This document shows, piece after piece, positions 25,341-37,312 of a stretch of DNA of 64,000 nucleotides. Origin of the DNA: Felis catus (taxonomy: Eukaryota); the NCBI RefSeq assembly GCF_018350175.1, contig NC_058369.1:6946001-7010000 (forward strand), read 5' to 3'. How positions within the stretch are numbered: position 1 is the stretch's first letter; every line of letters begins with the position of its first letter. Made by a program: the position numbers and the translations under genes. The notes beneath the pieces were generated by a model, which saw only the letters and a program-made list of their open reading frames with translations, was not told the DNA's origin and ran no database searches.

Positions 25341-26169
25341 CAAAGAATACGCCCTAATTAACCTAATTCCTGCTTACTTGGTACTTCCTAAATATCCAGA
25401 AAGATACAACGACTCAGAAATTTCAATAGAGTGATTCGCTGCCTGTGAGAGTCTAAGTCGTTGCACCTCTTTGCAGGGTATTTTATCAAGCGCTCATTCA
25501 CTGAATAAATATTTATTGAGTGCCTACTGTATACCATGCACTATTCTAAATGTCGGGAATGTGGAAGAAACAACTAATAATTATACAGAAAAATCAAGTA
25601 AGAAAGCTGCACAGAGGACAAGAGAAGTAAATCGTAAAGGGATAGTGAGTAATTGATGCTGGTGAGCACAGGAACTTTTCTTTTTCCTGCCTAACTAGCG
25701 ATTGCAGGCTTTTTTTTTTTTTTAATTGACCTGTAGTTGAGACAACACAGGCACCCTTTGAGGAGCTAAGGTTCCAGCTGAGACCTTGCTGAAACTGATC
25801 AAACTCTGAGCTTGACATAATTTAGGATAAATCGACTGAGAAGGCTGGACCTTAAATTTTATGAGAACTTCCCCCCTATAACTTGTTTGCTCCAAGTCAG
25901 GCCCAGATTCCCCACCCCTCCTCGACAAGCCTCCAAGTGAACATTCCAGCCTCGTCTTTCCTGTTAGTGCCGTATTTAACGCAGTCTGCTGAGTTTCAAG
26001 ACACACCCCTGTCCCTTTCCCAAGCCACCGGCCTCTGCATATGAAAGCTTTGTTCACCCACCCCTCCCCTGTTCTGCATATTCTTTGCAGATCTTCCCGT
26101 TGCAAGAGTCCCCCTTAAGAAAATCTTTCCTTACTAACTTTGAAGTGCCCCTTAAAAAAAATTTTACCA

Positions 26170-26627
26170 GGGCACCTGGGTGGCTCAGTTGGTTAAGCCT
26201 CCGACTCTTGGTTTCAGCACAGGGCATGAATTCAACAGTTCGGAAGCTCAAGCCCTTTGCACTGATCATACAGAGCCTACTTAGGATTCTCTCTTCCTCT
26301 CTCTCTGCCTTTCCCCCACTCTCTCTCTCTCTCTCTCTCTCAAAATAAAGAAATAAACTTAAAAAAAAAAAGGATTGTGATGACTTAAACTTATGCCAAT
26401 TAATAATTGCTTAATTGGGGCACCTGGTGGGGCATCTGGGTGGCTCAGTCAGTTACGTGACCAACTTTGGCTCAGGTCATGATCTCACGGTTTGCGGGTT
26501 CAAGCCTCGCGTCGGGCTCTGTGCCCACAGCTCAGACTGGAGCCTGCTTCAGATTCTGTGTTTCCCTCTCTCTCTGCCCCTCCCCCCCTCAAAAATAAAA
26601 AAAAGATTTTAAAAATTAAAAAAAAAG
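26170..26627 (+). mobile_element. Two Can-SINEs (26170-26371 and 26417-26627)
   Basis: SINE heads, (CT)n and A tails. Confidence 0.9.
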
Positions 26628-26888
26628 AGTTGATTGGCAACAACCATGAAGACAATCAGAAATGGCTGAGTTTTGGCAAATTGCCTCCTGGAAAAGCGAG
26701 TGGTACATGGTGAATGGTGACGGTGTCTGCTGTGGGCATCTTCATCAGACCCGGACTGTGAGCTTGAACTCTGGGACAGAGGAGGCAGGAGAGGGAAAGG
26801 ACAAATGCCTTTTGTCCCAGCCAGGTAATTAGCAAGCCAGTAGTTTCCTCCCTTCGAGGCAAGTAGGAATTGGATTGGAATGAAGATC

Positions 26889-27150
26889 GGCTAATGAGCT
26901 TTGGAGACAAAACCTCTAGGGGCAGAAAAAACTGTAAATAGACCGCCTCTCCCCTATCCACACAATCCCACACCTACCAGACCAGGAAGGAAGACACCGT
27001 GTCACTTCTTAGAAAATGTGTCTTGTCCAGAAACTCTACACATAACTGTCTCCTTGAAATTCTCAAAAGTCAATTTGTCTTCCACATCCACATCTTCCAT
27101 CAACACCTGTGGTCTTCTGTGGGGTCATCCTGGAGATACAGAAATCGCTT
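26889..27150 (+). promoter_or_regulatory. Putative promoter and first non-coding exon of the OR gene at 32904
   Basis: CTAATGAG at 26891-26898, O/E-like CCTCTAGGGG at 26913-26922, donor |GTAAGT at 27151; homologous to the minus-strand block at 7054-7300. Confidence 0.5.
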
Positions 27151-27176
27151 GTAAGTTCTGGAGAAAAGGGACAATT

Positions 27177-27185
27177 TACTACTAC

Positions 27186-27218
<33 letters not shown>
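27177..27218. repeat. (TAC/TAT)n microsatellite
   Basis: Directly visible. Confidence 0.9.
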
Positions 27219-27220
<2 letters not shown>

Positions 27221-28482
27221 CCATGTAGAGTTAGTCCTAGGTTAAATAAGTAGGAAGTCTAGGGTAGTGGTTCTCAAAATGTTGTCTCCAGCCCAGCAGC
27301 CAGAGCTGGGTTCATGTGTGTACAGCCTGGGCAGTCACAGAGAACCCCACTCTTGCTTTAATGCTTTGCTGTCACCTTCTGAAATTTATGAGCTAAGGGC
27401 CCCCCATTTTCATTTTGCCTTGGGACCTGAAAATGATGCAGCCATTTTTACCTGAAGTATCATCACCTGGAGAGTTCTTTGAAATACACTCTTTTTTAAA
27501 AGTGCTTTTTTTTTAATGTTTATTTATTTTTGAGATTGAGAGCATGAGCAGGGGAAGGGCAGAGAGAGGAAAAGAGGATCCGAAGTGGACTCCACGCTGA
27601 TAGCCCTGAGCCTGATACAGGGATCCAACTCACGAACAGCGAGATCATGACCTGAGCTGAAATTGGGACGTTCAACTAGCTGAACCTAGGTGTCCCTAAA
27701 ATGCACTTTCTCAGTCCTCACTTAGACATGCTGAAACTCTGGGCTGGCATCCAGCAACCAGTGTTTTAAGAAACCCTTCAGGTGAGTCTGATCCACGGTC
27801 AAGATTGAGAATAGTTGTCTAAAGGAACTCCGGATTTTTATTAACTGCTTGGCATATTCCCAAGTCCCCTGGCACTGGATTCACAATTGCCGCTGACTCT
27901 GTGGACACCTTTTCCTCACCCAAAGTTTGCAGCGACTGATGCCCTACTTAAAGGAACTGAAACTTTCTAAAGTTCTCTAAGGATTCCAGGCTGCTCCAAT
28001 GCACCACTTTATTTCCCAGGTATGACAGAAGGGAAACTGTCTGCTCTAGGGTCACATTGTTAATGCTAAATCCAATCCTTTGAAGGAGGCACTGAGATTT
28101 AAGGAAAGGAGACCAGTCTCCCCAGTCAGCTTGCCCCTAAATGTAACCAAGGGTCCTAGTAGAATTTTCAAGTTGGTCTTCCTTACAACTCACCGATGTT
28201 GCCCTATGGCTATTCTCTCTCTCCTTCCCACTTCCTCATTCTTCCTGTCCTTTCCCCCTACACCCTCCAACACATGCCACTCAGAAGGAAGAATCGTGTC
28301 AGGATCTTCTCAAATTCCAGTGATGCTGATATTAATAATATGAACAGTGAGTACATACTCTGCTGTGTGCTTTATTTTTCCTTTTCATATGCATTCCTGG
28401 AATGTAGATATTACATTCTCATTTCCATTACCCAGATAACAAGCAAAAGCTCAAGCGTGTTCATGGATTTCCTTCATTGGCT

Positions 28483-28697
28483 TTTTTTTTTTATTTATTT
28501 TTTTAACGTTTATTTATTTTTGAGACAGAGCATGAACGGGGGAGGGTCAGAGAGAGAGGGAGACACAGAATCTGAAACAGGTTCCAGGCTCTGAGCAGTC
28601 AGCACAGAGCCCGACATGGGGCTTGAACTCACAGACCGCGAGATCATGACCTGAGCCTAAGTCGGACGCTTAACCGACTGAGCCACCCAGGCACCCC
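28483..28697 (-). mobile_element. Felid SINE
   Basis: TSD tccttcattggcttt. Confidence 0.93.
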
Positions 28698-29003
28698 TCC
28701 TTCATTGGCTTTATACAGGATTTGAATCCAGCTGGGCTCATTCTACACCATACTTTAGAAACTTCTACAGCAATGGTTTTCAAAGTGTGGTCCCCTCCAC
28801 ACAGCTATATCAGCATCACCTGGGAACATGTTAGAAATGCAAATACTGGACGTATTCAACAGGAAATTCTTGGGTAGAACACAGACATCTGTGGGGTTTT
28901 TTTTAAAGATGAAACATACAGTTGTTGACATACAATATTATATTGGTTTCAGGTGTACGACAAAGTGATTTGCCAATTATATACATTAAAAAATGCTCAC
29001 CGT

Positions 29004-29228
29004 GGGGACGCCTGGGTGTCTCAGTCAGTCGGTTAAGCGTCCGACCTCAGCTCAGGTCATGATCTCACAGCTTGTGGGTTCGAGCCCCATGTTGGGCTCT
29101 GTGCTGACAGCTCAGAGCCTGGAGCCTGCTTCGAATTCTGTGTCTCCCTCTCTCTCTGCTCCTCCCCCACTCACACTCTGTCTCTCTCTCAAAAATAAAC
29201 ATTAAAAAATAAAAATAATAACAATAAA
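29004..29228 (+). mobile_element. Can-SINE inside an old antisense L1 3' fragment (about 28900-29390)
   Basis: TSD aaaaatgctcacc. Confidence 0.9.
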
Positions 29229-30002
29229 AAATGCTCACCATGACACGTGTAGTTACCATCTTTCACCATACAAAGTTATTACAATATTATTGACTATGTT
29301 CCCTTTGCTGTACTTTTCATCCTTATGGTTTATTTCTTTTATAACTGGACGTTTGTACTTCTTACTCCCCTTCACCTATTTCATCCGTCTGCTTCTTGAG
29401 TTCTGTTCCCTAAGAACCACCCATGAAGTGTGAAAAATGAGGGGCAATTGATTTCTCAAACCACCACGAAGGACAGGAGCATAAAAAAACAAATCAGCAA
29501 GTTTCTTCAACATTTTTTATTTATTAATTAATTTTTAAATCATAGTGAAATATGCATAACATAAAATGTACCATTTTAACCATTTTCCAGTGTCCAGTTT
29601 GGTAGTACTAAGTACATCCACATTGTCAGGCAGTGTGGTGGGGATCCACCATCCATTTCCAGAAATTCAGGTCATGATCTCACGGTCTGTGAGTTCGAGC
29701 CCCACGTCAGGCTCTGTGCTGACAGCTCAGAGCCTGGAGCCTGCTTCCGAGTCTGTGTCTCCCTCTCTCTCTGCCTCTTCCCTGCTTGCTCTCAGTCTCT
29801 CTCTCTCCCTCTCAGAAATAATAAACAATAAAAAAATTTTTTTAATTAAAACATTTAAGAAAAAATTCCAAATGTATAACCTCCATTCATATTTCTGCAA
29901 TAGTGACTATTGAAAAAGCTAACAGCCTGTGTATCAGGAAATCAAGGGAAAGGGAACATCCTAAACCAAGCTGAATATTTTCTCTTTCATAAAGACTACC
30001 AC

Positions 30003-30037
30003 ACTGTTTCTAGGTCTTTTGGCTAAGATCAAGTATA
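30003..30037 (+). pseudogene. U2 snRNA 5'-fragment retropseudogene (nt 1-35)
   Basis: actgtttctaggtcttttggctaagatcaagtata vs U2 atcgcttctcggccttttggctaagatcaagtgta (29/35 by eye); degenerate TSD ataaag(a/g)cta..ac. Confidence 0.8.
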
Positions 30038-31458
30038 AAGGCTAGTACAACAACTATACTGTTATTAATAAAAATAATAACAGCAGTAAGTACAGCCAAT
30101 ATTTCTAGAGTATGTCTGTAGCACTGAGACCTTTTCTTTTCTTTTTAAAGTGTATTTGTTTTTGAGAGGGAGAGAGAGAGAGGGAGGGGCAGAGAAAGGG
30201 GGGAACAGAGGATGTGAAGCAGGGTCAGTGCTGACAGCAGAGAGCCCCACACGGGGCTCAAACTCACAAACCATGAGATCATGACCTGAGTTGAAGTTGG
30301 ATGCTCAACTGACTGAGCCACCCAGGTGCCCCTTCTATCTTGTTTACTGCATAGAGCATCCTATTCATTTGAAGGACATAAAGGTCCCTTGACCTTTGCT
30401 CCACTTCTCCCTTTCATGACTAGACTAATGTCCTCCTACCCTTGCTCCATTAACCATCCTGTGGACTGCAATTCTGTCAAGTGGCCTTGATGTTAGCATT
30501 AGCTGGTTCAACAATTCTCTCCCCCCACTTAGGCCAGTGTGAGGGCAGAGGAAAAAATGCTCAGTCACCTCCTTTGTTCTCTCAAGACTCCATGCATTCC
30601 ACCCTCCCTCCACTTCCATTATGAATATGTATCCTTCCAAATTCACATCCTGAGATGGTTTGGTTTTGATTAAAGCAGAAAATGATACATTTTTATCAAT
30701 AATGTATTTGCATACCAGCTCCTAGAATTATTCACTCTTTTTTTTTTTTTTTTTTCCCTTCAGATAGAGAGGACTCAAGAATGCAGGGGAGGGGCAGAGA
30801 AAGAAGGAGAGAGAATTCCAAGCAGGCTTCACACTGTCAGTGCTGAGCCTGATGCAGGGCTCCATCCCATGAACTGTGAGATCATGACCTGAGCCAAAAT
30901 CAAGTCAGACACTTAACCGACTGAGTCACCCAGGCTCCCCTGGAATGTTATTTTTATGAGGTGGCAATTGCTGAGACTACATCATCCCATATGTAATTAT
31001 TACAGGGGTCAGATCATGGAGGAAATTGAATGCCACTGAGGACTTGGGTGTTTAATGGGTAGAGAGCCATTGAAGTATCCCACAAGGATGTGCTGGCCCT
31101 TTGCTGGCACCTATGGGAAGATTGCTCTGTAAAGATGCACAAAATCAAATGCACTCAAGGGTACTTGGAAGGTGGGGGATCATTACAAAACCACTGCCAT
31201 TTGGACATATCCTAGAAGGTGGCTGGCTACCAAGAAAAAATTAGTCAAAAGAAATATGCTACAGGGGCACTTGGCTGGCTCACTTGGTGGAGGATGTAAC
31301 TCTTGATCTTGGGGCTGTGAGTTTGAGCCCCACACTGGGTTTAGAGATTACTTAAAAAATAAAATATTAAAAATAAAAAAATAAATATGCTATAAAAATA
31401 ACTCTGAGTTTCTAGACATGGCCCATATACCCAGCTCTAAGGTTTCTAGAAGCCAGAA

Positions 31459-31541
31459 GGGAAAGGAAAGGGAAGGGAAGGGAAGGAAGGGAAGGGAAGG
31501 GAAGGGAAGGGAAGGGAAGGGAAGGGAAGGGAAGGGAAGGA
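31459..31541. repeat. (GGGAA)n microsatellite
   Basis: Directly visible. Confidence 0.93.
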
Positions 31542-31615
31542 ATGTGATTATGAGAGAAAATAACCAGTTGTTCATAAAAAGCATTTGGTATTCTTGTTTT
31601 AAAGAACAGATAGGA

Positions 31616-31831
31616 GGGGCGCCTGGGTGGCGCAGTCGGTTGAGCGTCCGACTTCAGCCAGGTCACGATCTCGCGGTCCGTGAGTTCGAGCCCCGTGTCA
31701 GGCTCTGGGCGGATGGCTCAGAGCCTGGAGCCTGTTTCCGATTCTGTGTCTCCCTCTCTCTCTGCCCCTGCCCCGTTCATGCTCTGTCTCTCTCTGTCCC
31801 AAAAATAAATAAACGTTGAAAAAAAAAAAAA
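31616..31831 (+). mobile_element. Young felid SINE
   Basis: Perfect TSD aaagaacagatagga. Confidence 0.95.
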
Positions 31832-32013
31832 AAAGAACAGATAGGAATTTCCCCTATGGGTATGACATTTCTTAAGCAGACACAATAAGACTCATTCAAC
31901 CTTTTCTTATAATGTCTCTCATCCATTGTAGGCTGATGATAAATGACAAGTCACAAGTCCAGCAAAAGAAATTCCTTCGAAAAAGATAGGTCCCAATAGA
32001 ATGATTTGACATT

Positions 32014-32217
32014 GGGGCACCTGGGTGGCTTGGTTGGTTAAGCATCTGACTCTTGATTTCAGCTCAGGTCACGATCTCACAGTTTGTGGCTTCAAGCCCC
32101 ATGTCAGGCTCTTGGTTGGCAGTTTGGAGCCTGCTTGGGATTCTCTCTCTCTCACTCTGTCTCTGACCCTCCCCTTTTCTCTCTTTCTCAAAATAAATAA
32201 ACTGAAAAAAATTTTTA
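32014..32217 (+). mobile_element. Can-SINE
   Basis: TSD agaatgatttga. Confidence 0.9.
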
Positions 32218-32474
32218 AAGAATGATTTGATGTGATTGTAAAATATAGAACATTTAAAGGAATGGGTTAATTGTGTTACTTCTCACACAAAGGCAATAGA
32301 GAATGTCAGATTATAATTTCCAGGATTACCTGAGATTTGCAATTATGAACAGTCAAGCAGTATAGGGTTGACTACACAGTTAAGATTTTCTGAGAAAATT
32401 AAGTCATCTAACCAGGTCTGATACTGTTTGAAGAAACTACAGAATCTAATCCTAGATTTTACTTAAAATAATTT

Positions 32475-32492
32475 CTTTTAAATGTTATTTAT

Positions 32493-32529
<37 letters not shown>

Positions 32530-32680
32530 GGGGAGGGGCAGAGAGACACAGAGTCAGAATCTGAAGCAGGCTCCAGACTCTGAGCTGTCAGCCTAGAGCC
32601 TGGGGCTTGAACTCAGGAGCATGAGATCATGACCCGAGTGGAAGTCAGACATTTAACTGACTGAGCCACCCAGGCGCCCC
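32475..32680 (-). mobile_element. Can-SINE
   Basis: Reverse SINE with (GA)n tract. Confidence 0.9.
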
Positions 32681-32903
32681 TTCATTTTTAATGTTAGCAT
32701 TAGAAAAATGGATGATACATAGAAGTCACTCAATATTTATTTGGTGAAGGAAAAAAGGTGTAGACGAACCTGATGGGAAGAATTGTTTAAATATTACTAG
32801 AATTTAAAGCATAAATAAAAGATGTCTCTCAAGCAAGTGACGTCTGTGTGTCTGTTTCATCGTAACTAACTCCTGTCTCTAACTCAGCAGGCACCTCAAC
32901 AAC

Positions 32904-33842
32904 ATGGAATCAGAAAACCAGACAGAAGTATCAGAATTCCTCCTCCTGGGTCTCTCAGAGGATCCAAAACTGCAGCCCCTCCTGTTTGGGCTGTTCCTGT
33001 CCATGTACCTGGTCAGCGTGCTCGGGAACCTGCTCATCATCCTGGCCGTCAGCTCTGACTCCCACCTCCACACCCCCATGTACTTCTTCCTCTCCAACCT
33101 GTCCTTTGTCGACATCTCCTTCACCTCCACTATAGTCCCCAAAATGCTGGTGAACATCCAAACACAGAGCAAATCTATCACTTATGGAGGCTGTCTCATT
33201 CAAGTATACTTTTTCATGGTTTTTATATGTATGGACAATTTACTCCTAACTACGATGGCTTATGACCGCTATGTGGCCATCTGCCACCCTCTGCATTACA
33301 GGGTCATCATGAACCCTCGCCTCTGTGGCCTGCTGATTCTTCTCTCCTTGTTCATTAGCATTATGAATGCCCTGCTCCACAGTCTGATGCTGGTGCACCT
33401 GTCCTTCTGCACAGACTTGAAAATCCCCCATTTCTTCTGTGAGCTTGCTCAAATCCTTGAACTTGCCTGTTCTGATACTCTTATCAATAACGTCCTGGTG
33501 TATTTAGTGACTAGCCTGTTGGGTGTTGGTCCTCTCTCAGGGATAATTTTCTCTTACACCCGAATTGTCTCTTCCATCTTGAGAATCCCATCAACTGGTG
33601 GAAAGTTCAAAGCTTTTTCCACCTGTGGGTCTCACCTGTCTGTTGTTTGCTTATTCTATGGGACTTGTGTTGGAGTCTACCTTAGTTCTGCATCTTCTCT
33701 CTCTCCCAGGAAGAGGGCAGTGGCCTCAGTGATGTACACGGTAGTCACTCCCATGATGAACCCCTTTATCTACAGCCTGAGGAACAGGGACATCAAGAGA
33801 GCCTTGAGGAAACTCATCTCTGGAATGTCTTCGTTTTCATGA
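32904..33842 (+). CDS. Olfactory receptor, class II family 7 (OR7G/OR7D-like), intact single coding exon, 312 aa
   Basis: N-glycosylation site NQT; motifs [53 protein letters not shown]; upstream branch point ctaac and cagcag acceptor at 32885-32890. Confidence 0.97.
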   Translation: MESENQTEVSEFLLLGLSEDPKLQPLLFGLFLSMYLVSVLGNLLIILAVSSDSHLHTPMYFFLSNLSFVDISFTSTIVPKMLVNIQTQSKSITYGGCLIQVYFFMVFICMDNLLLTTMAYDRYVAICHPLHYRVIMNPRLCGLLILLSLFISIMNALLHSLMLVHLSFCTDLKIPHFFCELAQILELACSDTLINNVLVYLVTSLLGVGPLSGIIFSYTRIVSSILRIPSTGGKFKAFSTCGSHLSVVCLFYGTCVGVYLSSASSLSPRKRAVASVMYTVVTPMMNPFIYSLRNRDIKRALRKLISGMSSFS

Positions 33843-34254
33843 TTCTGTCATCTGACTTGTGTGTAGGCTTCTAGAATGAGTGAAAGGAAATGAAGTACTG
33901 GGTGTGCTAGAAATCCTGACTCCTCCCTAATTCAATTCTAGTCAAGTGGTTAATCCTGGCTCTCAAGTCAAGTCAAATAGCTTTATATTAAGGTCTACTG
34001 TCCTGTGTTTTAGCACCTTTCATTTATTAACTAAACTCTGAGTTCAATTCACCTATAAAATGAGAAGAGTAATTAATATTACATACCTGATTATTAACTC
34101 AGTGCTATCTTAGGCTTGAAGCTAAATTTCTGTACCAAGCTAGCTCTATGGAGGGAACAATCTTTTTAAGGAGAAGTACTTTCTGGGCTCTGTTCTGTGT
34201 GCTCTCTGAGAGTGCCAGGGGGAGAACATCTGTATAAATAGAAGGCTAACTTTT

Positions 34255-35130
34255 GTCTCTATGGAAAAATATTTGGTCTTTGTCTCTGGTTCCTGGCACA
34301 GAACTCCTTGGAATCTCCTAAGTGATAAGAGTGTCCTTGGTATGCTAATGAGATGACTCTTGGCTAAGTGGCTCCTTCATAGCTTCAGGGCAGGTTGCCA
34401 GTAAGACAGAGCAGTGATTAGAAGGAAATTTCAGCCCCAAACCCCAACCTCCAGGTGTTGGAGGCTGACCCAATCACCAATGACCAATGATTCAAGCAAT
34501 CAAACCTATGTAATGAAACCATGATTTAAAAAAAAAAGACAGGGTTCTGAGTTGGTGAATAAGAACACATCAAAAGTTCCAGGAGGGCGAAACACCCCAA
34601 ACTCCACGAGGACACCAGCTCCTGTGTTCAGGACACTTCTAGACGCTGCCCTAGGTAGGTATCTCTTTATCTAGCTGTTCGTTACTATCCTTTAATATTC
34701 TTTGTTAAAAAGCAGTAATCTAATAAGTAACCTGTTTTCCTGAATTCTGTGAGCTGCTCTAGCAAATTCATTGAACCAGAGGAAAGCACTAAGGGAACCT
34801 CTGACTTACAGCGGGTCAGCCGGAAGCGTAGGTGACAATCTGGACTGCAATTGGTATCTGAAGTGGGATGGGGTGGTTTGTGAGACTGAACCCTTAACCT
34901 GTGGGATCTGACACTAACTCCAGATAGATAGTGTCAGAACTAACTTGAATTGCAGGACACCAAGCTGGTAGCTAGAAAATGTGAGAATCATTTAGTCTGG
35001 GGGAAACACACACACACACACACATACACACACACACACACACAGACTTAGAGGCCAGAAGTATCCAAAGTAGTTTTGAGTGTTGTGTGAGGTTAAAGGA
35101 GAACGCACAGGGGGAGGTGAGATTTTCTTT
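34255..35130 (+). mobile_element. MER21-like LTR
   Basis: ggtctttgtctctggttcctggcacaga...ttttcctgaattctgtgagctgctctagcaaatt...cctgtgggatctgacactaactccag, recalled MER21 motifs; internal (CA)n. Confidence 0.7.
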
Positions 35131-35639
35131 AGACCGACAAAGCCTACAATATTAACTGTATGGCCCATTACAGAAAATTTTGCTTCCTGCCCTTTTCTGG
35201 ATCTCAGCTAAAATCTGAAGCCCTTTCTTCTGAATTTTTATAACTAAAATTTGACAAACTCCATATAAAAATCCTACAGGTTTGAGCTGCTGTTTTGAAT
35301 ACAAGTTAACAAATGAATAATGATCAGTAACTCCAAGGGGAAATCAAGATGCACTTCAAAATCCTCAGAGCCCATTTGATTTCTGCATCTCAGAAGTTTA
35401 GGTTTTCAGACATGGTTGCCCAGCGTGTGAAGCCCTGGTTCTCAAAGCAGAGACAGCGATTTTTGTATTCAACCTCCTGCTCTTCGCCTGAGCACTAACC
35501 AGGTTTGGAGCCCAGTGTATCTGTGTTGTGGGAGTGTCCTGCCCATTGGTGGATGTTTAGCTTGGTTCCACCACTAGATGCCAGTAGCACCCAACCCAAA
35601 CTGCTATGACATCCAATCCTTCATTGAGAACCACTGCTC

Positions 35640-35765
35640 AAAAAAAAAAAAAAGAAAGAAAGAAAGAAAAAAGAAAAGAAAAAGAAAAAGAGAAAGAGAA
35701 AGAAAAAAGAGAAAGAGAAAGAAAAAGAAAAAAGTAAAAAGTAAAAAGAAAAAGAAAAAAAATAA
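35640..35765. repeat. A/G-rich low-complexity tract
   Basis: Directly visible. Confidence 0.9.
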
Positions 35766-36419
35766 TTGAAGACAGGTAAGATGTCTTAGAATAAACTAGT
35801 CATTTATATCTGTGGTTAAATATCAACATCAACGTGTAAAGGAGAATGAAATATTCAACTTTACCTGTGCTGCCACAAAACCAGGACTAGTAATCCCCCC
35901 ACCTCCTACCCTTTTGAGTTCCAGAAACTACTTACTGCAAACATCCTCCTTTCCCCATTGTGACTAAGATAAGACTTACTGGTGACCCCACTGTTTATCT
36001 AGGACAAGACCAGACACACACCCAGCAAATTCCCATTTTCCCCCCAAGATTTCTAACTTTCTATGCATGGTCTCCACTGTATATCTACAGCTTTTTATTT
36101 CTCCCTTCACCTGTGTCTCTCTCTGGAAATGTCTTAAAAAGCAGGAGACTCCACAAATTTCATAATGAGTATTGCCACAGCAAATGAAGTGGGGGCCATA
36201 CCACTTCATTTCCCAAAACTTGCAACTGTGCTTCATCTAATGCTGACATGAATGACAATTTGAGTAATCGTGATATCACTCTCTGCAGTGTGTCATCCAT
36301 GCCTCGTTCCCCCTCACAAAGAGGTCATCAATGAGCTCCTCAAATATGTAACCAACCCAACCTCAGAGTCCTATATGACAGCCTCTTTCTTGAGGTCATT
36401 TTGGTACCCTTTGTTCATT

Positions 36420-36780
36420 CAGATGACACACTGAATTTAGAATAACTTGAATAGAACTCAAGAAGGCAATATTTACAAAGGTATGGGTGGGGTTTAGGGA
36501 AATCAAAGGAGTAGTGTATGAAGAGAAGGCTGCATTACAGGAGTAGAGATCGGAGGTGTGCAGCCAGCCCTTAGAGACCTACAGGAGGGGAGATGGGGCA
36601 TACATACCCAAGCCTCACTCTTCTTTCCTCTGATAACTTGCTAGTGCTTCCCATTGGCCCAACCCAATAGGAAGCCAGAGGGCAAAGAAATCTCTTGATG
36701 CAGTCTAAATAGATCAACCTTCCTGGGCAACAGGCCAGGGTAGAGTATGGGTTAGAGTAGCAAATAGAAAATACTCAACA
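36420..36780 (-). mobile_element. LTR33-like old LTR
   Basis: cccattggcccaacccaataggaagccagagggcaa...gatgcagtc matches reverse LTR33 as recalled. Confidence 0.6.
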
Positions 36781-37105
36781 TCAGTAAGAAGCCATCAGAG
36801 AGATTTAAGCAGAGGACTAATATGTTCCAATTTAGGCTCCGAAAGAATTGCTCTGGTGGCTGGGTTCAATGTGGATAAGGGCAGAGGCAGGGAGACCAGA
36901 CAGAAGACATTACAACAGTTTGGTAGAGTTGAAAGAGGTGTGGACCAAAAGGGTAGCAGTGTAGATGGTGAGAACTGGGCTGGTTCTGGATATATACTTT
37001 AAGTAAACCATTGATATTTGCTGAGGTATGGGGTGTAAGAGAAGGAAAGGAGTCAAGAAGGACTCAAAAGTTTTTTGACTTGAATTGTTTGTTAAGAGTT
37101 GCCAC

Positions 37106-37312
37106 TTTTTTTCCTGATGTTTATTTATTTTTGAGACAGAGAGAGACAGAGCATGAATGGGGAGGATCAGAGACAGAGGGAGACACAGAATCTGAAACAG
37201 GCTCCAGGCTCTGAGCTGTCAGCACAGAGTCCGACACAGGGCTCGAACTCCCGCAAGATCATGATCTGAGACAAAGTCAGATGCTTAACCCACTGAGCCA
37301 CCCAGGCACCCC
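37106..37312 (-). mobile_element. Felid SINE
   Basis: TSD aagagttgccacttt. Confidence 0.93.
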
